A DNA stretch of 37,931 nt from contig JAYUUO010000139.1 of NCBI GenBank assembly GCA_043754515.1, positions 1 through 37,931 on the forward strand, given 5' to 3'. Of the stretch, positions 12,951 through 20,157 are shown piece by piece. Origin of the DNA: Armatimonadota bacterium. GTDB taxonomy: Bacteria; Armatimonadota; Armatimonadia; Armatimonadales; Armatimonadaceae. Position 1 is the first letter of the stretch. Each line of letters begins with the position of its first letter. The position numbers were made by a program, and so were the translations under genes. The notes beneath the pieces were generated by a model. It searched no databases and had not been told where the DNA came from. It saw only the letters and a list, made by a program, of their open reading frames with translations.

Positions 12951-14879
12951 ATGGCAAAGTTCGATATATTGAAAGCCGCCGAGGATTTCCGCGCCCAGAC
13001 GGACAAGCTCAAATGGGGGGGCACCTTCGCCGACTACCTCGAGATCGTTCGCGAAAACCCCCGCGTCGCCGACCTCGCGCACGCCCGTTTGTACAACATG
13101 GTCATCTCCCCCGGCACCGAGGAGCGGCCCGACGGCTCCCGCGCCTACCAGTTCTTCGAGAACGAGATCTTCGGTCTCGAAAAGGTGCAGGGGCACCTGG
13201 TCGAGGAATACTTCTCGCCCGCGTCGCGCCGACTCGACATCCGTAAGCGCATCCTGATGCTGGTGGGACCCGTCGGCGGCGGCAAGTCCACCATTTCGAC
13301 CCTGATCAAGAAGGGGATGGAGAAGTTCTCGCGCACCGACGAGGGCGCGGTCTACGCGATCAAGGGGTGCCCCATGCACGAGGAGCCGCTCCACCTCGTG
13401 CCCGACGACCTGCGCGCGGACTTCAAGAACGAGTATGGCGTGCACATTGAAGGCGATCTGTGCCCCGTATGCCGCTACCGCCTTGAGAAGGATTGGAAAA
13501 GCGATCTGGGCGCGGTGCCTGTCGAGCGGATCGCGTTCTCGGAGCGCGACCGGTGCGGCATCGGCACGTTCAAGCCCGCCGACCCGAAATCGCAGGACGT
13601 GGCCGAATTGACCGGCTCGGTGAACATCCAGGCACTCGCCGAACTCGGCAACGAGTCCGACCCGCGCGTCTACAACTTCGACGGCGAGCTGAACATCGCC
13701 AACCGGGGCGTGATCGAGTTCATCGAAATGCTCAAGGCGGAGAAGCGGTTCCTGTACGAGTTGAACACGGTGGCGGGCGAACAGACGATCAAGGCGTCGC
13801 GCTTCGCGCTGATCTACGCCGACCTGGTGGTGCTGGCGCACACGAACGAGTACGAATACAACTCCTACTTCGGCAACAAAGAGAACGAGGCGATGATTGA
13901 CCGCATCTTCGTGGTCAAGGTGCCGTACAACCTGCGCCTGTCGCAGGAGATCCGCATCTACGAGAAGCTGATCGGGCAGTCGCAACTCTCCGACGACCGG
14001 ATTGACCTGATGAGCGTGCACATCGCGCCATACACCCTGCGCGTCGCCGCCATGTTCGCCCTGCTCACCCGCCTCAAAACCAGCAAGAAGCAGGGACTCA
14101 CCCTGATGAGCAAGCTGAAACTCTACGACGGCGAGAAGCAGGTAGGCGACTGGGATCAGAAGCACCTGCGCGAATTGACCGAGGAGCATCAGGACGAGGG
14201 GATGCACGGCGTCTCGCCGCGCTTCGTGATGAACCGGCTGTCGTCCGCGCTCGTGCGCGGCAACAAGTCGTGCATCACGCCGATTGACGTGCTCCGCGCC
14301 ATGCGCGACGGCTTGCAGGATATTTCGACCAGCGAGGAGGAGTACCGCCGCTACTTAGGTTTCCTGGACGAGACGCGCAAGGACTACGACGAGATCGCGA
14401 AGAAGGAGGTCCAGCGGGCATTCGTCTACTCCTACGAGCAGTCGGCGAAGACCCTGCTCGACAACTACCTCGACAACGTGGACGCGTTCTGCAACCGCAC
14501 CAAGGTGAAGGACCCGATCACGAGCGACGACGTTGACCCGGACGAGCGGCTGATGCGCTCCATTGAGGAGCAGATCGGCATCTCGGAGAACGCGAAGCGC
14601 GAGTTCCGCGAGGGCATCATGCGCTCGGTGGCGTCGGTATCGCGGCGCGGGGGTAGTTTTGGCGTCGGCTCGGACGAGCGGCTGAAAGAAGCGCTGGAAA
14701 AGAAACTGTTCGCGGACCTCAAGGACATCGTGAAGATCACGACTTCAACGAAAACCCCCGACGCGGATCAGTTGAAGCGCATCAACGAGGTGGTGGAGCG
14801 GCTGTGCAACGAGCACGGCTACAACCCGATTTCGGCGAACGAGTTGCTGAAGTATGTCGGGACACTACTTAACCGGTAG
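12951..14879 (+). CDS. prkA: PrkA/YeaG family AAA+ serine protein kinase
   Basis: Walker A GPVGGGKS, CPMHEEPLHL, DGELNIANRG and AHTNE; C-terminus ...GYNPISANELLKYVGTLLNR. Confidence 0.97.
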   Translation: MAKFDILKAAEDFRAQTDKLKWGGTFADYLEIVRENPRVADLAHARLYNMVISPGTEERPDGSRAYQFFENEIFGLEKVQGHLVEEYFSPASRRLDIRKRILMLVGPVGGGKSTISTLIKKGMEKFSRTDEGAVYAIKGCPMHEEPLHLVPDDLRADFKNEYGVHIEGDLCPVCRYRLEKDWKSDLGAVPVERIAFSERDRCGIGTFKPADPKSQDVAELTGSVNIQALAELGNESDPRVYNFDGELNIANRGVIEFIEMLKAEKRFLYELNTVAGEQTIKASRFALIYADLVVLAHTNEYEYNSYFGNKENEAMIDRIFVVKVPYNLRLSQEIRIYEKLIGQSQLSDDRIDLMSVHIAPYTLRVAAMFALLTRLKTSKKQGLTLMSKLKLYDGEKQVGDWDQKHLRELTEEHQDEGMHGVSPRFVMNRLSSALVRGNKSCITPIDVLRAMRDGLQDISTSEEEYRRYLGFLDETRKDYDEIAKKEVQRAFVYSYEQSAKTLLDNYLDNVDAFCNRTKVKDPITSDDVDPDERLMRSIEEQIGISENAKREFREGIMRSVASVSRRGGSFGVGSDERLKEALEKKLFADLKDIVKITTSTKTPDADQLKRINEVVERLCNEHGYNPISANELLKYVGTLLNR

Positions 14880-14888
14880 GCGTAACCG

Positions 14889-14928
14889 AAGTCCCCCTTC
14901 CAACGTTCAGTTGAAGGGGGACTTTTTT
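14889..14928 (+). terminator. Rho-independent terminator of prkA
   Basis: AAGTCCCCCTTCCAAC-GTTCA-GTTGAAGGGGGACTT followed by TTTT. Confidence 0.9.
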
Positions 14929-14929
14929 G

Positions 14930-15226
14930 ATGAGCGAGCGGAACGACGCGCCGGGGTTTCTCGACCGATTGCGTAAGCACCGTCGCTATGTTTTGGTCGG
15001 GGTTTATATCGCTTGCTATTGTGTTCGCAGCGCGCAGGGGGGGTATTACAGCTGCAACTCTGGCGGTCAAGACAACGCAGACGTTTGGATCGCCAAAGGC
15101 TGCGGCGGTAACTACCGCAAGCCGACCGGCAGACCGGGTGAGCGTATCACTCCCCTCGGCGTTATTTTCCTTCCGATCATACTGATAGATAGGTGCCTAG
15201 TGCATCGAGACCGGCGGGACGACTAA
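14930..15226 (+). CDS. Hypothetical membrane-anchored protein
   Basis: ~98-aa ORF with a hydrophobic segment after a basic N-terminus, abutting the next ORF (TAAGATG). Confidence 0.55.
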   Translation: MSERNDAPGFLDRLRKHRRYVLVGVYIACYCVRSAQGGYYSCNSGGQDNADVWIAKGCGGNYRKPTGRPGERITPLGVIFLPIILIDRCLVHRDRRDD

Positions 15227-15227
15227 G

Positions 15228-15584
15228 ATGCGCGACCAAAAAATAGACGCGGCGTGGCTTATCGCAAGCGCGGCGGTCGGCTACGTGCTGCGCGTCGTTT
15301 GGCTAACGGTTGTCTGGAGTCAGCGACTTCACTTCCCGTTCACTAACGCTGACCTGAGTGGCGGGAAGTGGCGCGGTGAATACGGAAAACTCCTCGGTTT
15401 CGTCGCGGTCTGGGGCATCTGGGTTTATCCCCTGACCTTGGTGACCGCGCTCTACTTCTGGGAGCGGGCGCGGCAAGAAACGTCGCCCACCCGCAAATGT
15501 TTCTACTTCGCAACCGCGGCAGCTATGATCCTTTGCTTCGCGCTTTTTTGTGTGATGCGCGTCTCGCCATTCACTGGCAACTAA
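15228..15584 (+). CDS. Hypothetical membrane protein (3 TM)
   Basis: 118 aa with three hydrophobic helices; starts 1 nt after the upstream stop. Confidence 0.6.
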   Translation: MRDQKIDAAWLIASAAVGYVLRVVWLTVVWSQRLHFPFTNADLSGGKWRGEYGKLLGFVAVWGIWVYPLTLVTALYFWERARQETSPTRKCFYFATAAAMILCFALFCVMRVSPFTGN

Positions 15585-15690
15585 AATCGTGGTGCCGAGC
15601 GATCTTTCGTCCGTGTGGGGTAACATTACTGGCACCTTTCTGCGCGCCATATCATGGGCAGGAGATGTATTTCGGGAGGAAAGCGAAAGT

Positions 15691-15987
15691 ATGACAAACA
15701 CCGCCACGATTTGGACGAAAGTCGAGCAGTTACAAAACCAAACGTTGGAAACGCTGTCGCACCGCAAACGTTTCACGGTGGTGGAGGTCAGCGGCGGCAA
15801 CGTGTATTTCGTCCCCGACAACGGTTCGGGAACACGCCGGTGGGTGACGCGCGGAATGCTGGAACATATCGCGGCGCAGGACTGGGCGGTGACCGACCTT
15901 CGCCCGTCCCGAATCGCACGCGAGTACCCGGCGGATCGTAATTCGTCCTACATGGCGGCGATCCTAAACGCGGTAATGAAGCAGTGA
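15691..15987 (+). CDS. Hypothetical cytoplasmic protein (98 aa)
   Basis: GGGAGG RBS then MTNTATIWTKVEQL...RNSSYMAAIL; globular alpha/beta composition. Confidence 0.65.
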   Translation: MTNTATIWTKVEQLQNQTLETLSHRKRFTVVEVSGGNVYFVPDNGSGTRRWVTRGMLEHIAAQDWAVTDLRPSRIAREYPADRNSSYMAAILNAVMKQ

Positions 15988-16047
15988 ACCCGCGCGCCGA
16001 GGCGAACGTGCCGACCGGCTGCCGACGTGAGCGGAAGTGAACTTACT

Positions 16048-16838
16048 ATGGAAGAAGAACGAACGTTCGCGGAACTGGGGATACCGTTCCCACTTTTCGA
16101 CGCGCCCGCGAAGTATGCGACACAGTATGTCGGCGCGCGTGAATGCTTGCTGTGCCACACGCAATGTCTCTGTTTTCAGCTACGTCCGAACGGCAATATT
16201 TTAGAATCGTGTCCGCGGTGCGGGACCGTTAATGGTCTGCCGACGGATGGCCGGGTGGAGACTACGACTTGTGGCAACTGTCGAAGCCCGGTCCCGATAG
16301 ATCCGGGCTACACAAGGACGCCGTCGTCTGCTACGCCTGTCTCCGTGGCGGCAGAGTGGCGATCATGCAGAACACCGAGTACGGCCTGGTGCGTTACGAA
16401 GATGCTGTCGCGGGCGCGCCCTGGGGCTATGCCGACGATCACCGGAAGGCGCGGTCGCATCTCGCTATGTCGGAGGATGGGACTGGCTTCGCGCGGATCA
16501 TAGTACCCGCCGACAGTAGTGATACGCCAGCCGTTTTGCCACGAGAGTGGCTTATCGAGTTGACGCGGACGCCGACCTATTCGACGACCCAGGGCGAGTC
16601 GTGGCTATTCCATTGCACCCGCCCGATGGTGTACGTCGGCGAGTGGGGCAAAGCCGAGTTCAACGCGCACGCGCCGAATGGTGACGGCGAGGCATTGTTC
16701 ACGGATGCCTTACTCGGTTGGGACGCCGGTGAGCTATGGCGTATGATGCGGGAGAACCGTTTGCATAGTGAAATTTCGATTTATATGTTTCATTGCCCGG
16801 TCTGTCAGAAGTATCGCGGACATTGGGATATGTCTTGA
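16048..16838 (+). pseudogene. CbrC (UPF0167, colicin E2 tolerance) family protein, frameshifted
   Basis: The N-part MEEERTFAELGIPFPLF...CxxC x3 and the C-part VCYACLRGG...ELTRTPTYSTTQGESWLFHC..PMVYVGEW...YMFHCPVCQKYRGHWD are in different frames. One base appears missing near 16303-16308 (CCGGGC). Confidence 0.75.
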
Positions 16839-16853
16839 AAGGTAGGTAGAGCA

Positions 16854-17159
16854 ATGACTACGAACACAATTCACGACACCGGCTTCGGCGCGGCAGATGA
16901 CGAACTCGGGCGCGGTGCTAGGGCGATTTTCGACGCCCGTATAGTTGCAACTCTTACGCCAGGCGATGTCGGAAAATACCTGGTGATTGACACCCAGACC
17001 GGCGAGTGGGAGCTCGACGACAACGACTACCAGGCCTCTCTGAAGGCATACAGAAAGAATCCAGGGGCACGAACATGGTACGGCGTACGGATCGGATACC
17101 GCGCCGTATACAACATCTGGGGTACTAGCACCGACGCGTCGGAGAACAGCACGTCATGA
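16854..17159 (+). CDS. Small conserved hypothetical protein of the type found upstream of clan-AA aspartic protease genes
   Basis: AGGTAGG RBS; motif GKYLVIDTQTGEWEL...WYGVRIG; stop overlaps the next ATG (ATGA). Confidence 0.75.
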   Translation: MTTNTIHDTGFGAADDELGRGARAIFDARIVATLTPGDVGKYLVIDTQTGEWELDDNDYQASLKAYRKNPGARTWYGVRIGYRAVYNIWGTSTDASENSTS

Positions 17160-17266
17160 TTCGTGGCGAAGTAAATCCTTTCCGGTTCGCCGAGGTAGAG
17201 GTCACGATCCGTGGCGGAGGGGTCGGGCGGACAAAATGGTGTGCCGGTGATAGCCTTCGATATTGA
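17156..17266 (+). pseudogene. Truncated N-terminus of a clan-AA (retropepsin-like) aspartic protease
   Basis: Reads MIRGEVNPFRFAEVEVTIRGGG. This resembles the MIxGxVN...A.I.L.V.G start of these proteases, but it stops before the DTG motif. Confidence 0.5.
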
Positions 17267-17355
17267 GCGGATGAAGGAGGAAGAACCCCGCGAGAAAATC
17301 CAGTAAGGGCCGTCCAACCAGCGAAAAAACAGAAGTGTGGGGTGTCGCTCCGCGT

Positions 17356-17892
17356 ATGAACGCCGCCTTGTTGGTACTGTGCTTCGCGGTCAGCGTCGCG
17401 GCGTGCAAGCCGAACGGCCTGCCGCCAGTGGGGCGCGAGCGCAACGCCCCGCCGCCACCAGTGGCGGAGAAGCGGGGCGGCCAGCCGTCGGCGGCGTACC
17501 GCGCGATCGCCTCATCTCCCTATTTCGCGGTCGGGCGGGTCGGGATCGCGGGAGCCATCGGCGGGAGCGAAAAGGGCGTCTGGGATCTTATCAAGACGAG
17601 GGATCGCGTGCAACTCATCGCCCTGACGAAGGAGCGGAACCCGGAGGCGCGTCTCTACGGCTTACTGGGTCTGCGCTACTTAGGCGACCCGGAATATAAA
17701 GCCGTGGCTGCAGAATTGCATCGCTCGACGGAGTTAGTCGGCACGCTCCATGGCTGTCTGATGAGTCACGAGGCGGTCGCGCCTATCGCGGACGACATCG
17801 CGCGGGGCGGCTACATCAACGCCCTGAAGCGCAACATGGAACCCGCGCCAGGTCCGACCACCGACAAGATAAAGCCCGCCGTCTGGGAGTAG
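17356..17892 (+). CDS. Hypothetical lipoprotein with a HEAT-like helical segment
   Basis: Lipobox VSVAAC-K and Pro-rich linker; FAVGRVGIAG...NPEARLYGLLGL...TLHGC. Confidence 0.7.
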   Translation: MNAALLVLCFAVSVAACKPNGLPPVGRERNAPPPPVAEKRGGQPSAAYRAIASSPYFAVGRVGIAGAIGGSEKGVWDLIKTRDRVQLIALTKERNPEARLYGLLGLRYLGDPEYKAVAAELHRSTELVGTLHGCLMSHEAVAPIADDIARGGYINALKRNMEPAPGPTTDKIKPAVWE

Positions 17893-17990
17893 CGTTCCTG
17901 TTTCGCCGCCACGGGTTAATCCCCCGATAAAAGAGGCGACAGCGTGGCAGGTCATCGCTGGACTGTCGCAATACCAGGCGATCACGCTGG

Positions 17991-18191
17991 TCAGGACGGC
18001 GGTTTGTAGCCCACTGCTTTTAGATACTCCTGCGTTGCCTGGCGCATCTGTGGGTTGCTGCTACTGACATATGGTAGTGCCTCCTGTACCAGGGTGTCGT
18101 CCTTTAATCTGTTCATCATCGAGAGCGCGAACGCCTTCTTAAAATTGTGCGGCGTGTTTGGCTCGTTTGGAACAGGCGGTGCCGCAACCAT
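17991..18191 (-). pseudogene. Probable C-terminal remnant of a HEAT-repeat protein
   Basis: LVQEALPYVSSSNPQMRQATQEYL is HEAT-like. There is an in-frame TGA four codons upstream of the ATG and no clear RBS. Confidence 0.35.
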
Positions 18192-18349
18192 CCTGGATCG
18201 TCAATCCCGGCCGCGAAATAAATCTCGTTGCCCTTGTGGCCGGACACCGGTTTCTTGGAGTCTAGTAGCACCGTTTCCGTCTTATGCTTGACGCCATCGC
18301 GCAGGCATTCGGTAATGCCGCGCCGACTAATTATCGCGGAAAAACGACG

Positions 18350-19633
18350 TTAGGAACCCGCGCTGGGACTCGCCTTCGCCCCGATGTCGGAGCGGTAGAA
18401 CCCGCCCTCGAAGCCGATCTTGCCCACCGCCGCGTACGCCCGCGCCCGCGCTTCCTCGAACGATTCGCCGGTCGCGGTGACGCCCAGCACGCGCCCGCCG
18501 CGCGTGACCGTCTCGCCCGCGTCGTTGAACGCCGTACCCGCGTGGAAAACCGCCACCGCGTCCATGTTGCCCGCCGCTTCCAGGCCCCGGATTACCTTGC
18601 CGTCCTCGTATTCGCCGGGGTAGCCGCCCGCCGCCATTACAACGCACACGGCGGAGCGGTCGGTGAACGTCACCGGCACGCTGTCTAATTCGACATCGGC
18701 GACCGCGGACAGGATTTCGGCGAGGTCGGACTCTAAGAGCGGTAACACGACCTGAGTTTCCGGGTCGCCGAACCGGCAGTTGAACTCCAGGCATTGCGGC
18801 CCCGATGGGGTGAACATGACCCCGGCATACAGCACGCCGCGGTACGGGATGCCGGTCTCGCGGATCGCCTCCACCGCCGGTTCGATCATCGTGCGCACGA
18901 TCATATCCACCACGGAGCGCGGCGCGATCGGCACCGGGGCATACGCGCCCATGCCGCCCGTGTTCGGCCCCGCGTCGTTGTCGAAGGCGCGTTTGTGATC
19001 CTGCACCGCGAGGAGCGGCTTTACCGTATCGCCGTCCACGAACGCCATCACGGACGCCTCCGCGCCAGTCAGACAGCCCTCGATAACAACGGTTTCACCC
19101 GCCGCGCCGAAGACCTTGAGTTCCATCATCGCGCCGATGGCGGCACTGGCTTCGGCATAAGAATGCGCGATCACGACCCCTTTGCCCGCCGCCGCGCCGT
19201 CCGCCTTGATCACGATCGGGGTGCCCATCGCGCGGACGTAATCGCGGGCGGCGTTGGGGTCGGTGAAAACTTCAAACGGGGCGGTGGGGATTCCGGCGCG
19301 TGCCATGAGTCGCTTCGCGTACGCCTTGGAGCCTTCGATGCGGGCGGGTTCGGCGGACGGCCCGAAGATGCGCAAGCCGCGCGCCTCGAAGGCGTCCACG
19401 ACGCCGGCGATCAGCGGCTTTTCGGGGCCGACCACGGTCAGGTCAATCTTCTGGTGCTCAGCGAACAGGCGCAACGCCTCGATGTCGTCTACGGGAATTG
19501 GGACATTCTCGTAGACCGCCCCCGTACCGGCGTTGCCGGGGGCACAATATATCTTCTGAATATGCTGGCTCCGCGCAAGCTTCCAACACAGCGCGTGTTC
19601 GCGCCCGCCGCCGCCGATAACTAAGACTTTCAC
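18350..19633 (-). CDS. purD: Phosphoribosylamine--glycine ligase
   Basis: GTG start gives MKVLVIGGGGREHAL after AAAGGA; VVGPE, KADGAAAGKGV, QDHKR, GPNTGGMGAY, EFNCRFGDPE and GGRVL motifs. Confidence 0.98.
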   Translation of the reverse strand: MKVLVIGGGGREHALCWKLARSQHIQKIYCAPGNAGTGAVYENVPIPVDDIEALRLFAEHQKIDLTVVGPEKPLIAGVVDAFEARGLRIFGPSAEPARIEGSKAYAKRLMARAGIPTAPFEVFTDPNAARDYVRAMGTPIVIKADGAAAGKGVVIAHSYAEASAAIGAMMELKVFGAAGETVVIEGCLTGAEASVMAFVDGDTVKPLLAVQDHKRAFDNDAGPNTGGMGAYAPVPIAPRSVVDMIVRTMIEPAVEAIRETGIPYRGVLYAGVMFTPSGPQCLEFNCRFGDPETQVVLPLLESDLAEILSAVADVELDSVPVTFTDRSAVCVVMAAGGYPGEYEDGKVIRGLEAAGNMDAVAVFHAGTAFNDAGETVTRGGRVLGVTATGESFEEARARAYAAVGKIGFEGGFYRSDIGAKASPSAGS

Positions 19634-19839
19634 TGGGTATGCCGGTTCCTTTACAAGGGCGCAAGCCGCGTCGCTATCTCGCCGGTCGCCGCGCTTACAC
19701 ACACGGCGAAGAAGTATACCCGCTACCATTCGCCACGGAGCGCGGTTACACCTGCTAAGATCACGGGGGCGACACGGGCGGCGATCCGCTGAGTGGGTCG
19801 GTGGGGGTCATGCGGGCAATGGGCCGGTGTGGGGCGCGG

Positions 19840-19856
19840 GGATCAATCATTGATCC
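19840..19856. promoter_or_regulatory. Perfect 17-bp palindrome, candidate operator
   Basis: GGATCAAT-C-ATTGATCC in the divergent purD/GH78 intergenic region; AT-rich within a GC-rich context. Confidence 0.5.
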
Positions 19857-19965
19857 ACCGATTTGCAAGTGTGCGAATGTGGTGGAAGCCTTTCGGCGGG
19901 CCGTCCCCGCCCGCGAGCGGGTACCCGGTCGCGCGGGGCGCGTCGGAGCGTGAACGTAGCCGTTA

Positions 19966-20026
19966 GGTCGCGCGGTCGGGCGCCAGGTCGCGCGGTCGGG
20001 CGTCGGGTCGCGCGACCCGCCCGACC
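19966..20026. repeat. 20-nt tandem repeat ending in a hairpin (REP-like)
   Basis: GGTCGCGCGGTCGGGCGYCR at 19966 and 19986, with a partial copy at 20006. CGACCCGCCCGACC then folds back on it. GGTCGCGCGG also occurs at 19927. Confidence 0.6.
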
Positions 20027-20157
20027 ACCCGTCCTACTGACCGCTCAAACAGTCGGGCCACGGCATAGCCGCCGTGGTAAGATCCCCGATTCGCGCGGGG
20101 CGTGCCGACCATCCGGTGATACCATAACCGGATCCCCGACCCGCCGGACAACCCCTT

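Noticed and set aside
12804..14207. Long antisense or alternative-frame ORFs (e.g. 12804-14207, 2331-3569, 244-1143, 30726-31520)
   Set aside because: They are shadow ORFs of high-GC genes with no recognisable motifs.
16300..16310. Programmed ribosomal frameshifting in the CbrC, VOC or KPR-like genes
   Set aside because: There are no slippery heptamers or long homopolymer runs, and the lesions are heterogeneous and confined to decaying regions.
14930..18191. Integron cassette array
   Set aside because: No repeated attC-like RYYYAAC...GTTRRRY palindromes between the genes, and no integrase in the window.
19640..19720. ZTP or PRPP riboswitch upstream of purD
   Set aside because: Only a GCGACCGGCG fragment resembles the ZTP aptamer; the CGCCUGGG pseudoknot and the ykkC core are absent.
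19966..20026. CRISPR array
   Set aside because: The repeats are directly tandem with no unique spacers, and there are no cas genes.
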